Positions 9,670-19,899 of a stretch of 64,000 nt of DNA are shown piece after piece (within the stretch, counting starts at the first letter, position 1; each line of letters opens with the position of its first letter). This DNA comes from Hydrogenophilales bacterium (GTDB lineage: Bacteria; Pseudomonadota; Gammaproteobacteria; Burkholderiales; Eutrophovitaceae). Location of the stretch: positions 91,839-155,838 of the forward strand of contig CACKOO010000001.1 in NCBI GenBank assembly GCA_902601765.1, written 5' to 3'. Made by a program: the position numbers and the translations under genes. The notes beneath the pieces are model-generated. The model did no database searches, was not told the origin of the DNA, and worked only from the letters and a program-made list of their open reading frames with translations.

Positions 9670-10319
9670 TTTAACAACTCCCCATTTTTGAGGGAAATGT
9701 TTTGGAGCTGCATATTTTTGACCATTTTAATATTGTGCGTGGCTATAATTACGGTAACCCCAACCCTATTAAAATCTTTCAGGATTTCTAAAATATCAGC
9801 CTCGTAAGCATCATCTAAATTTGCAGTGGGTTCGTCGGCAAGCAGAATCGCGGGTCTATTAATTATGGCTCGTGCGATACTTAGTCTCTGTTGTTCACCC
9901 CCAGAGAGGGTAATAGGAAGAGATCGTTCTTTGCGCAAAAGCCCTACCTTATCTAATGCTGCTCTTACCCGGCGAGGAATCTGAGCACGTGGAAACCCTG
10001 AAATAAATAGTGGTAAAGCAACATTATCAAAAACATCCCTGTCCATGAGTAACTTGAGGTCTTGGAAGATTAGTCCAAAGTTCCTCCTTAAAAATGGTAG
10101 GGCATCACTGTTAATATTTGTTATGTTCTGTCCTTTGATGAAAATGGCACCTGAGGTTGGCTTCTCAACTACCCCTATCAACTTTAGCAGACTAGTTTTC
10201 CCCGCCCCTGAGTGACCAGTAACAAACACCATTTCTCCCTCCTGAATCGAAAAACTAATATTTTTCAAGATCGGGATATCTTGGTTATAACTTTTGCTAA
10301 CTTGATCAAGCTTTATCAT
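9666..10319 (-). CDS. ftsE: cell division ATP-binding protein FtsE
   Basis: Walker A GHSGAGKTS, ABC signature LSGGEQQR, Walker B ILLADEP. Confidence 0.93.
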   Translation of the reverse strand: MIKLDQVSKSYNQDIPILKNISFSIQEGEMVFVTGHSGAGKTSLLKLIGVVEKPTSGAIFIKGQNITNINSDALPFLRRNFGLIFQDLKLLMDRDVFDNVALPLFISGFPRAQIPRRVRAALDKVGLLRKERSLPITLSGGEQQRLSIARAIINRPAILLADEPTANLDDAYEADILEILKDFNRVGVTVIIATHNIKMVKNMQLQNISLKNGELLK

Positions 10320-10374
10320 TATTGTTATTGATTGAATTACACCTAATAATGGTTAACCGTACTTTAAATATGAC

Positions 10375-11292
10375 TTATCTAAGCAAAGATGCAGTGAACT
10401 CTTTTGCATTAAATTCCTGTAAATCGTTCATGCCCTCACCGGTACCAATGTACCTAATAGGCAGTTTTTTTTCTCCTGCGATAGCTACAACCACGCCGCC
10501 CCTAGCGGTTCCATCCATTTTGGTTAGTACCAGCCCATCAATTCCTATGTTGTTATCAAATATCATAACTTGAGCGACACTATTTTGACCAGTATTAGAA
10601 TCAATTGTTAGTATTGTCTCGAGGTCCACTTGTGGTTCAAATCCACGAATAACTCTTTTTATTTTAACCAACTCCCTAATTAGATTATCTTGGTTTGGTA
10701 GTCTTCCAGATGTATCAATTATCATTATATCTATTTTTTTTTTTAGGCCCGTAGCTACTGTTTCATATGCTATTGCAGCAGGCTCCTTCCCATTTCTGCT
10801 AATAACTTCGACAGAGGTTAACTCTCCCAAACTAATAATTTGTTCAACCGCTGCAGCTCGATAGGTATCAGCAGCCCCAAAAAGGACAGATAGATTGTTT
10901 TTCTTTATATAGTTGGCTAATTTGCCGGCCGTAGTAGTTTTACCAGAGCCGTTGGCTCCAACCAGCAATACTACAAGAGGTTTTTCTCTCTTGATCATTA
11001 ATGATTGCTCCAAAGGTTTGACGATATTGAAAATCTCGTTTGATAATACTTTTTCAATTAGCAAAGTTGATTTGTTAGATTTAAGCTCGAACTCACGCGT
11101 AAAACTTTTCATTATGTGGGAACTCGCTTTTAAACCAATATCCGCCCCAAGTAATATATCTTCTAATTGCTCAACAAAATCCTCGTTTTTCGTTGTGGCT
11201 TGTGAATCAAACAAAGATTTAATCTGTCTCCAAATCTTACCTTGAGTCATTAGAAATTTATTTTTCATCCTATTTAAGAAAGAGTAAATCAA
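10375..11292 (-). CDS. ftsY: signal recognition particle receptor FtsY (short, NG domain only)
   Basis: GANGSGKTTT, DTSGR and TKMDGTARGG. TTG start at 11292; ATG 11268 is the alternative. Confidence 0.93.
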   Translation of the reverse strand: MIYSFLNRMKNKFLMTQGKIWRQIKSLFDSQATTKNEDFVEQLEDILLGADIGLKASSHIMKSFTREFELKSNKSTLLIEKVLSNEIFNIVKPLEQSLMIKREKPLVVLLVGANGSGKTTTAGKLANYIKKNNLSVLFGAADTYRAAAVEQIISLGELTSVEVISRNGKEPAAIAYETVATGLKKKIDIMIIDTSGRLPNQDNLIRELVKIKRVIRGFEPQVDLETILTIDSNTGQNSVAQVMIFDNNIGIDGLVLTKMDGTARGGVVVAIAGEKKLPIRYIGTGEGMNDLQEFNAKEFTASLLR

Positions 11293-11350
11293 TTTGAGTA
11301 AGTTATTAGCTAAGGTGTATTCTACACGCCAACCACGTTAAAATAACAGC

Positions 11351-11902
11351 ATGAAAAACAAGAAAAATAGAATACGTGTTATTGGAGGTCGATGGGGTGG
11401 GAGATATATCACTTTTAAGGAATCGATCGATCTTAGGCCAACTGCTGACCGTGTAAGAGAGACTTTGTTTAATTGGTTAGGTCAACAGATCCAGGGAATG
11501 ATTTGTTTAGATTTGTTTGCGGGTAGTGGATCTCTCGGATTTGAGTCGGCTTCAAGAGGAGCTGAGTTGGTAGTCTTCGTAGAGAAAGAAAATGCCACAT
11601 GTGAAGTGTTAAGGGAAAATGTTGAATCTTTTTCTAATAAGAATCTAGAGGTTTACAATATTGATGCTATTAAATTCTGCTACAAAGAGGTTAGAACATT
11701 TGATCTAGTTTTCCTAGATCCTCCTTTTGGAGAAAGTTTTCATGTTAGTATTTGGAATAACGTAAGCAAATTAGTTCATCCCGGATCGTTAGTGTACATA
11801 GAGGCAAACCACAAAGTTGAATGGCCAGAATGCTATCACCAAAAAAGAAAATCAAAAGCAGGGCAGGTTTTTTATGCTTTGCTTGAATATAGGCCTTCAT
11901 AA
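11351..11902 (+). CDS. rsmD: 16S rRNA (guanine966-N2)-methyltransferase
   Basis: DLFAGSGSLGFESASRGA and FLDPPF motifs. The rsmD-coaD pairing is conserved. Confidence 0.88.
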   Translation: MKNKKNRIRVIGGRWGGRYITFKESIDLRPTADRVRETLFNWLGQQIQGMICLDLFAGSGSLGFESASRGAELVVFVEKENATCEVLRENVESFSNKNLEVYNIDAIKFCYKEVRTFDLVFLDPPFGESFHVSIWNNVSKLVHPGSLVYIEANHKVEWPECYHQKRKSKAGQVFYALLEYRPS

Positions 11903-12379
<477 letters not shown>

Positions 12380-12400
12380 TTTGGCGTAGGTAACAAAAAT

Positions 12401-12655
12401 ATGGCCTTAATAATTACCGATGAATGTATAAACTGTGATGTCTGCGAACCCGTGTGCCCGAATAATGCAATATCTGAAGGTGAGGAAATATACCAAATAG
12501 ATCCGCAAAAATGCACAGAGTGTGTGGGGCACTTTGATATTCCGCAATGCCAAGAATTGTGCCCGGTCGAATGTATACCCGTGGATTCTGCAAATATTGA
12601 ATCCAAAGTTCAACTCGAGGCGAAATACTTGTTCCTTACAAAAACATCGGTTTAA
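12401..12655 (+). CDS. yfhL: YfhL-type 4Fe-4S dicluster ferredoxin
   Basis: CINCDVCEPVCP plus CTECVGHF...CQELCPVEC, 84 aa. Confidence 0.85.
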   Translation: MALIITDECINCDVCEPVCPNNAISEGEEIYQIDPQKCTECVGHFDIPQCQELCPVECIPVDSANIESKVQLEAKYLFLTKTSV

Positions 12656-13476
12656 TTTATCTTCTGGCAATTTTTACAGAAGTAGGTAGCTCTCTGAAAA
12701 TAAGTTTTCTTGATTATATTAGACTCGCATTTTTTGCAAGGTAATTTTTCCCTATTATATACGTTGTAATTTTGTTGGAAGTAGCCTGGGATTCCATCGG
12801 CATTTACGTAGTCTTTTAACGAGCTGCCTCCGCACTTAATTGCGCTTCTAAGCGTTTCTTTGATAGCTTTTACAAGGATTTGGCACCTTTCTTTCGTAAG
12901 TTTTTCCCCAGGCAGTAACGGGTGAATTTTCGCTTTGAATAATGATTCATTGGCATAAATATTACCTACACCAGCTACTATCTCATTGTTCATAATAAGC
13001 GGTTTAATACTTGCTTGTCTGCGTTTTATTTTATTAAATAGCCAATCTCTGTTGAATTGATTGCCGAGAGGTTCCGGTGCGATTAGTTTTATCAGACGAT
13101 GTGCTAGCGGATCCTCAGGTTCCCATAAAACAGCTCCAAACCGTCTGGGATCGTTGAGTCTCAATACTAAGCCACTATCCATAAATAATTCAAAATGGTC
13201 GTGGAGCTTCCGTTTGCTATTCATGGGGACCACCCTTAGACTGCCTGACATTCCAAGATGAATAATTAGCCAACCAACTTCACAATTGAGTAGGAGATAT
13301 TTCCCACGCCGAGAAATCGCGATTATTTTTTTCCCAGGCAAATTATTTTTTATAGTTCCAAATGGAATAGGCCATCTCAAGTCTTGACGCTGGCAGCAAA
13401 CTTTATCGATAGTTTTATGTGTTATATGCCTCTCTATTCCTCTCCGGGTTGTTTCAACCTCAGGTAATTCTGGCAT
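12652..13476 (-). CDS. mutM: formamidopyrimidine-DNA glycosylase
   Basis: N-terminal MPELPEVET and C-terminal zinc finger CKKC...CKNCQ. Confidence 0.95.
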   Translation of the reverse strand: MPELPEVETTRRGIERHITHKTIDKVCCQRQDLRWPIPFGTIKNNLPGKKIIAISRRGKYLLLNCEVGWLIIHLGMSGSLRVVPMNSKRKLHDHFELFMDSGLVLRLNDPRRFGAVLWEPEDPLAHRLIKLIAPEPLGNQFNRDWLFNKIKRRQASIKPLIMNNEIVAGVGNIYANESLFKAKIHPLLPGEKLTKERCQILVKAIKETLRSAIKCGGSSLKDYVNADGIPGYFQQNYNVYNREKLPCKKCESNIIKKTYFQRATYFCKNCQKIN

Positions 13477-13480
13477 GGTG

Positions 13481-14365
13481 TTAAGCTTGCGATGCTACTA
13501 TTTCATAGGGATCCAAAAGCCGTTTACCAGCATCGTTGCCTAATTGATACCCTATCATTTCGTCTAGTCGAACAAACAAATAACCCCTATCGTTTTTAAT
13601 AATATTAAATTCAATGGTTTTACCTGATGATGTTTCTATTATCGCCTTGATACCACTGAGCGCGCCTTGATAGAATTCGGTACTCAGACTAGATGTCATT
13701 TCCCAGCCTTTGACCCAATGGTTAAAAGAGTCTGCAGATATATCCATATTGTGGGTTTTGGGGATTACTCCTTTCACTCGCCACGCTCCTGTATTTTTTT
13801 GTAAAACTTCCCAAGATTTGAAACTTATTACTTGCGGAATTTCATCGGAAGAAAGTAGTTTTCGGCTTAATAATTTCATAGGTTCATCAGGAACGCTGTA
13901 TCCCAGATGAGTAGCGACAAGATATAATTTCCCATCGGTTTCAAGGTATTGCTCATTGGTAACTGTATTTATGTTCCCAAATATAAACTTTTGAGAGTTA
14001 ATTGTAACTATAATCTCAGGTTGATTAAGGCCAAAACTAATACGGTCAAATTGGCTGGTGGAATAATTACTTCTAGCTTCGGCAATTTCAAGGACCCGGT
14101 CTATTTGAAACTCAGAAACTCTAGCTGTTACAGGACTGGTGATATGCCAAGTTTCACCAGACTTGCGCATCTTAATTTCGGCTCGATTTTTTCTCAGCAT
14201 GCCAATGCTCTTGATATTTTTTATTTGCAAATCCGAAATAGGTAAACTTCGATCTACTTTTGGAGTTGGCCAAAATTTAATAAAAAAAATAAGACTTATT
14301 ACAAAGCCGAAAAGAAATAGATTAATATAAAATTTGGATTTCAAGCTCTTCGTCTCCGCCACCAA
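13481..14365 (-). CDS. DUF4340-like membrane-anchored protein, last gene of the ABC/GldG-like operon
   Basis: One N-terminal TM helix followed by a soluble domain. The likelier start is TTG 14344, which forms a TTGA overlap with the upstream stop. Confidence 0.55.
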   Translation of the reverse strand: MVAETKSLKSKFYINLFLFGFVISLIFFIKFWPTPKVDRSLPISDLQIKNIKSIGMLRKNRAEIKMRKSGETWHITSPVTARVSEFQIDRVLEIAEARSNYSTSQFDRISFGLNQPEIIVTINSQKFIFGNINTVTNEQYLETDGKLYLVATHLGYSVPDEPMKLLSRKLLSSDEIPQVISFKSWEVLQKNTGAWRVKGVIPKTHNMDISADSFNHWVKGWEMTSSLSTEFYQGALSGIKAIIETSSGKTIEFNIIKNDRGYLFVRLDEMIGYQLGNDAGKRLLDPYEIVASQA

Positions 14366-15681
14366 ACAATAGCTCCTGTTATCAAAAATACACCAGGAAG
14401 AAAAAGAAAGGTGTTGGCTAGTAAGAAAACTCCCAAATTAAATTCAAGAGTCTGATCGAGCCGAGCCCTTGGCTGTATCCTAATAAGGCTTTCGTCGCCA
14501 GTCAGCCAGTTTACTATATTAACCCCAAAATCAAGATTTCCAAGAAGCCCCAGGTGTTGATTGGAAAATATATTTCCAGTTCCAACTATGATTATTCTTT
14601 GGGTTTTATTCTCTAGTAATCTCTCGAATGCTGCGGCTACTACAATAGGTCCGGCTAAGTCTCTATTAGGGTTGAAGGTGGCATCGCTTAGATTTCCAGT
14701 TTCTAACCATCCTTGGTCCGCAACTTCGACTAAAGGCGTATAAACGAAGTCGGATTTTTCATTTTTTCCCACTGATCGGGTAAAAGGGAATACGCTGGTC
14801 ATACTCGAACCTTGGGTAGCAGGATGTTCGAGATATTTTGACGCTAATGCGAAAGCTGGAGATAGGTTTAGACTAGCCGCCCTGGGATCAAAAACCAGCC
14901 CATCATTGAGGTCAGTGCCAATATAGTCTGCTAACTTGTCCATCCCATTATTGCTACCATGTTCTAAAAGCCAGAGTAAATTACCCCCGGTCTCTAAAAA
15001 TCTTTTTATCCTATTTACCTCTCCCGGAAGCAAGTTAGCTTTCGGACTCGCTACCACCAGTAACGATGCATTATCTCCAACTGACAATTCTTCGGCTAAA
15101 TCGACTTTTGCAAGTTCAAAACCTGTTTTCATTAGTTGTTGACCCAAAAGACCCATATCTCTGGGGGAGTTTCCTTCAAAAGTTCTTTCTTTATGCCCTT
15201 TCAAAGAAAAAATTATTTTATCTGTAGCTCGTGACAATCGAACAAGTAGGTTGGTTAAGTCTTGTTCAGTTAATGTATTTAGGTTTTCTTTTCTTCCTTT
15301 ATATTCGATAACCAGCTCGCCATCAAAGCGAATACCTGCTTCCTCAGCTTTCTGAGGGGCCTCACGAGGATCGATATAGGTGACACTAATATCTGATTTT
15401 GCGCGTCTGTAAGGACTTAGAAAATTGTGAATAGTTGGCTTTAGAGACCCTTCAATATCTGCTTTTGATACAAAAGCTGTTATGTTGATAGGTCCCTTTA
15501 ATTCTGAAACAAAATCTCTAGTTGCATCTGACAGAGAGTGCCTCTTATTACTAGTAACATCCCATTGGTAGTCAATTTCGTTACTCAGATAGCCGATCGT
15601 TATGGTAAGTATAATGAGAAGAATAACAAAAATACTATTTTGTATGCGAAATTGATTTCGTATTTTTTTATTAATTTTCAT
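14341..15681 (-). CDS. GldG-family ABC-transporter auxiliary component
   Basis: N- and C-terminal TM helices flank a large periplasmic domain. ATG 15681 (MKINKKIRNQ...) forms an ATGA overlap with the permease stop. The ORF-track start 15798 lies inside the permease gene. Confidence 0.78.
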   Translation of the reverse strand: MKINKKIRNQFRIQNSIFVILLIILTITIGYLSNEIDYQWDVTSNKRHSLSDATRDFVSELKGPINITAFVSKADIEGSLKPTIHNFLSPYRRAKSDISVTYIDPREAPQKAEEAGIRFDGELVIEYKGRKENLNTLTEQDLTNLLVRLSRATDKIIFSLKGHKERTFEGNSPRDMGLLGQQLMKTGFELAKVDLAEELSVGDNASLLVVASPKANLLPGEVNRIKRFLETGGNLLWLLEHGSNNGMDKLADYIGTDLNDGLVFDPRAASLNLSPAFALASKYLEHPATQGSSMTSVFPFTRSVGKNEKSDFVYTPLVEVADQGWLETGNLSDATFNPNRDLAGPIVVAAAFERLLENKTQRIIIVGTGNIFSNQHLGLLGNLDFGVNIVNWLTGDESLIRIQPRARLDQTLEFNLGVFLLANTFLFLPGVFLITGAIVWWRRRRA

Positions 15682-16421
15682 GCGTGTAGTCGATCTGCAT
15701 CTAATCGGCGAATTGAGAGAATAATGAAAACCGATATTATCAAAATAAAGTAGGTTATATTTTTTACTGCTATTGTTCCCTCTAGAAATGGCTCCCAATG
15801 AGAAAAAATAGATATTAGGTTTAATACACTCTCTGGATCAGGCGCGGTAAGGTTGATAATCCAAAGTCCTAGAGCAATTGCCAAGCTGAGTATCGCCGCG
15901 ACAACCGGATGGTTCGTTAAACATGAGACAAACAACCCAATTGCTGAAAATGTTCCACCCAGCAAGCTGATCCCTAACAAGCACGAAAAAACCAATCCAA
16001 AATCTAAAGTTCCACCTGGCAACACAGAAAAGCACATTAGACATGCGATTACAAAGATTATTTCAAGGAAAATGACCGTGGCAAAAAACTTTCCTAGTAT
16101 TATTTGCGTCATAGAGATGGGGGCAGATATCAAAAAAATCATGGTCTGATTTCTTCTCTCCTCTGCTATAAGTCGCATTGTTAGAAGAGGAACCGAGAAT
16201 AGTATAACCACAGCGGCAACACTAAAGACAGGAGTTATAGCAACTTCGGTAAGTCCCGGGGCATTCGTCGTATTTGCAAGCTGTCCTTGCATGATCGAAA
16301 AGCTTTGCAGTTGACTCATGAATATGAATGCAAAAATTCCTTGTAGAAAAGCCATCAATACCCAAGCGAGGGGTGAAGCAAACATCGATTTTAGTTCTTT
16401 TCCTATAATTGTTAGTATCAC
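15678..16421 (-). CDS. ABC-2 type transporter permease
   Basis: 247 aa with about 6 TM helices. It lies between the ATPase and the GldG-like gene. Confidence 0.85.
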   Translation of the reverse strand: MILTIIGKELKSMFASPLAWVLMAFLQGIFAFIFMSQLQSFSIMQGQLANTTNAPGLTEVAITPVFSVAAVVILFSVPLLTMRLIAEERRNQTMIFLISAPISMTQIILGKFFATVIFLEIIFVIACLMCFSVLPGGTLDFGLVFSCLLGISLLGGTFSAIGLFVSCLTNHPVVAAILSLAIALGLWIINLTAPDPESVLNLISIFSHWEPFLEGTIAVKNITYFILIISVFIILSIRRLDADRLHA

Positions 16422-16473
16422 GTGCCGGGATTCCCTTGAATAAAATTACTTAAATGAATGGTTATTACTATCA

Positions 16474-17403
16474 TTATTGTGTCGTTTTTGTTAGCTGTAC
16501 GAAAACTTCCTCCAAGCTTGCCTGAACTGGATTCAACTTAAATAACCCCCATCCGTATTCCACAGCTGATTTCAGAATAATATCTGTTGGATCTTTGTAG
16601 GGGTGGGTTATTCGAAATTCTTGCCCTTCTTTATTTTCAACCTCTGCATTATCGAGTTTTGCGGAGATTTCTGATTCTGATGGAGGGTTTTGAAGTGCGA
16701 TATCGATTACGTACTCGCTCCTAGCGCTTTGCATCCCCCTGATTGTATCACTGTAGGCGACCTTACCATGGTCCAATATGTGCACTCGATCGCAAACTGC
16801 TTCTACCTCCGGTAGAATATGAGTTGACAGAATAATGCTGTGTCTATCTCCAAGCGAGCGAATTAGAGAACGAATTTCCCTGATCTGATTTGGATCTAGT
16901 CCGACCGTTGGTTCATCTAAAATAATCACGTCTGGTTCATGAATAATAGCTTGAGCGATTCCAACCCTCTGGCGATAACCCTTCGAGAGGGCGCCAATCA
17001 ATCTCCTACCCATATTTTCAAGTCCGCATTTTTGTTTTGCGGCATTTACGGCAGATTTAATATCTCGTCTTTGGATTTTTCTTAACCTACCGGCTAAAGT
17101 TAAAAATTCATCTACCCGTAGTTCTCTGTAAAGAGGAGGTATTTCCGGCAGATATCCTATTCGATTTTTTGCAGCAGTCGGGTTTTCTATCATGTCAACA
17201 CCACAAACATTGATGGCCCCATTGGTTGGCGCCAAGTTCCCGGTGATCATTTGCATTGTAGTTGTTTTACCAGCGCCATTCGGGCCAAGCAACCCTATCA
17301 CTTCGCCCCTTCGCAACTCAATAGTTACGTCTGAAACCGCTAAGTTAATCCCATATAGTCTGGTAAGCCCTTCCGCTGCTAAAGTTATGCCTCTTTCTAC
17401 CAA
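16474..17403 (-). CDS. ABC transporter ATP-binding protein
   Basis: GPNGAGKTT, LSKGYRQRV and ILDEPT, plus a roughly 90-aa C-terminal extension. Confidence 0.93.
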   Translation of the reverse strand: MVERGITLAAEGLTRLYGINLAVSDVTIELRRGEVIGLLGPNGAGKTTTMQMITGNLAPTNGAINVCGVDMIENPTAAKNRIGYLPEIPPLYRELRVDEFLTLAGRLRKIQRRDIKSAVNAAKQKCGLENMGRRLIGALSKGYRQRVGIAQAIIHEPDVIILDEPTVGLDPNQIREIRSLIRSLGDRHSIILSTHILPEVEAVCDRVHILDHGKVAYSDTIRGMQSARSEYVIDIALQNPPSESEISAKLDNAEVENKEGQEFRITHPYKDPTDIILKSAVEYGWGLFKLNPVQASLEEVFVQLTKTTQ

Positions 17404-17504
17404 TTTTCCCCCTACTAAGTTTGTATTTGATTCTCTTTGCTACCCAACTATATACTAAAGCTATAGTTTCCTTGAGGTAAATGCGAATTCCCCATACACT
17501 TGTT

Positions 17505-17525
17505 TTAATATTAAAATTAATATTA
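17505..17525. repeat. two copies of TTAATATTA (each containing the palindrome TAATATTA), 12 bp apart, in a divergent promoter region
   Basis: Read directly: ttaatatta aaa ttaatatta, between the ABC operon and the TPR gene. Confidence 0.3.
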
Positions 17526-17550
17526 CTATTTTAGTAAAATTTTCCATATA

Positions 17551-19314
17551 TTGTACATAGTGTTCATAAAGCTTTTTTTAAAACTTATATTTCTCACCGC
17601 TATTTCGTCCCTCTCACCCGCGGGTTTTTCGGGAGACAACCTCTTGGACCAAGAGAAGAATCCTGGAAAACCAAGAGAAGGGAATCAAATTGTCACTGAT
17701 TCAAAAAAAGCACCTGTCATTGACTCTAGCATTTGGACTAGGTCAGTTTATTTTATTATTTTAGGAGAATTATACGCTCAGCGGGGAGATTTTGAGTCGG
17801 CAGCAATCATGTTTGCAGACGCCGCCCGACTGACACATAACCATACACTCACAAAAAAAGCGCTAGAACTCTCTGTAAAAGCTAAAAATCAGGATTTGGC
17901 AATATCAATGATGGTGTTTTTATTAGCAATAATGCAGGACGACCGGTTAGCTATTAATTTTATTTTTAATGTCCTAGAGAGTGAAAAAGACCTTCAAATT
18001 GTAACGCCGATTCTCGCAGAAATTCTTAGACTCACCCCAAAACCATTAATTAGCGCCATTTTTATTACCATTACTGATTTTTTTGAAAGACACGCTAACA
18101 AAAAAGATTTTTTTGAAGCAATTATCACTTTAGCATCTGCTTTTCCCGATTCTGCGGATGCTATTTATTTGAAGGCTAAAGCGGCAGAGTGGACTCACCA
18201 ATACGAATCTGCTTTGACTTATTGTGAAAATGCCTTAAAAATTTCCCCCAACATGGGACGAGCTGCAGTACTCAAGGCTAACATTTTGGCAAGGGAGGAA
18301 TTAGAAAAAGCAGTTAATGGATTATTAAACTTTGTAGAAAAGTTCCCCTCTCAGGATTATGTGCGATTAGCATTAGCAAGGATGTTATTTTTACAAAATG
18401 AGTTATTACTTTCTCGTGACCAGTTTGCCTTACTAAGCGAAAAAAACCCGCAAAACGCACACTATGCTTATTCTACCGGTATCCTCTCAGCTGAAATTAA
18501 GGAATTAAATATCTCTGATGAATATTTAAAGAGAGCTCTGATACTAGACCACCACCTTAAGGATGTTATTCGTTTCAAACTTGGTTTAATAAACGAAGAA
18601 ATGGGTCGGATTAATGATGCGGGGACTTGGTACTTAGCAGTTGAAACCGGTGCCGACTATATTTTTGCTCGATCACGTTATGCATTGATTTTGAACAATC
18701 AAGGTAAGTTCGAAGAAGCTTGGTCATTGCTAGGGACTTTAATGCCTCAAAACCCCGAGCAAAAAATGCAACTTTTACAGGCCAAGGCAAATTTACAAAA
18801 AATTAATGGTGATTATGAAAAGTCTTACCTGATTTTAAGTGAAGCATACAAAGAGAAACCGGATGACCAAGATTTACTGTACGAAATGGCGTTAGTTTCT
18901 GAAAAAATGGACAGAATTGATTTAGTTGAAAAACACCTCTTGCGCTTATTGAAGCTGAATCCTGAACATGCCCAAGCCTATAATGCCCTTGGCTATACAC
19001 TCGCAGATAAGACCAACAGACACGAAGAGGCCTTATCGTATATCGAATTGGCTCTCGCATTAGAGCCGCAGGATCCATATATCTTGGACAGTATGGGCTG
19101 GATATGCTTCAAGATGGGAAATATGGAGTGTGGGAAAAAATACCTGCAGGCAGCATATAAAATTAGCCCAGATCCTGAAATTGCAGCTCATCTGGGAGAG
19201 TTATTATGGCAAGATGGCTTTCAAGAGGACGCAAAAAAGATCTGGGAAAATTCGTTAAATCTAAACCCCGGCAGTGAACCACTACAAAATATTATTCGGA
19301 AATATATTGATTAA
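17551..19314 (+). CDS. secreted tetratricopeptide-repeat protein (conserved upstream neighbour of lolB)
   Basis: 587 aa, hydrophobic N-terminus, and multiple TPR-like A/Y/L repeats (for example AQAYNALGYTLADKTNRHEEALSYIELALALEPQDP). Confidence 0.75.
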   Translation: MYIVFIKLFLKLIFLTAISSLSPAGFSGDNLLDQEKNPGKPREGNQIVTDSKKAPVIDSSIWTRSVYFIILGELYAQRGDFESAAIMFADAARLTHNHTLTKKALELSVKAKNQDLAISMMVFLLAIMQDDRLAINFIFNVLESEKDLQIVTPILAEILRLTPKPLISAIFITITDFFERHANKKDFFEAIITLASAFPDSADAIYLKAKAAEWTHQYESALTYCENALKISPNMGRAAVLKANILAREELEKAVNGLLNFVEKFPSQDYVRLALARMLFLQNELLLSRDQFALLSEKNPQNAHYAYSTGILSAEIKELNISDEYLKRALILDHHLKDVIRFKLGLINEEMGRINDAGTWYLAVETGADYIFARSRYALILNNQGKFEEAWSLLGTLMPQNPEQKMQLLQAKANLQKINGDYEKSYLILSEAYKEKPDDQDLLYEMALVSEKMDRIDLVEKHLLRLLKLNPEHAQAYNALGYTLADKTNRHEEALSYIELALALEPQDPYILDSMGWICFKMGNMECGKKYLQAAYKISPDPEIAAHLGELLWQDGFQEDAKKIWENSLNLNPGSEPLQNIIRKYID

Positions 19315-19885
19315 ATATACTTTTTTTGAAGCTCTTGTCAAAAGATGTGTAATTTTACTGGTTTGCTGCGTCTGCGGGTGTGCTTACATTCCCTCTAACC
19401 CCACGTCCTATGGTTCAGATTTATCTTACGAGGCGGTGGGACGCGTAGCGGCTCGACTCAAAGAGAAAAATTATACAGCGAGATTTAGATGGAAAAGCTC
19501 GTCCTGGGGAGATGAGTTTTTTGTTTTTACTGCACTCGGTAATAGTTTAGCTAAAATAAAAGTAGAAAACGGCAAGGTTCATCTAATCACTGGTAATGGA
19601 GATGTTTTTGAAGGTGATTCAGCTCCTGAAATCACTAGTGAGGTTTTGGGGTGGCCTCTTCCAGTAGAGGGTCTGAGGTTTTGGTTATCGGGTAATCTTG
19701 ATCCAAACCAACCAATTTTAATGGAGAAGTATGACGACGGTTTACGGTTACTGAAGCTTAGCCAAGGAGGTTGGAATATAGAATATTTGTCCTTGTTAAA
19801 AGACTCCGGATTACCCCAAAAAATGCGTCTTGTTTACGGGGATTTAAAGCTACGCATAATCATTGATAAATGGTTGATCAAGTAA
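19274..19885 (+). CDS. lolB: outer-membrane lipoprotein LolB
   Basis: Lipobox LLVCCVCGC, about 200 aa, upstream of ispE. The true start may be TTG 19307. Confidence 0.8.
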   Translation: MNHYKILFGNILIKYTFFEALVKRCVILLVCCVCGCAYIPSNPTSYGSDLSYEAVGRVAARLKEKNYTARFRWKSSSWGDEFFVFTALGNSLAKIKVENGKVHLITGNGDVFEGDSAPEITSEVLGWPLPVEGLRFWLSGNLDPNQPILMEKYDDGLRLLKLSQGGWNIEYLSLLKDSGLPQKMRLVYGDLKLRIIIDKWLIK

Positions 19886-19899
19886 TTAGGGAGGCGAAG

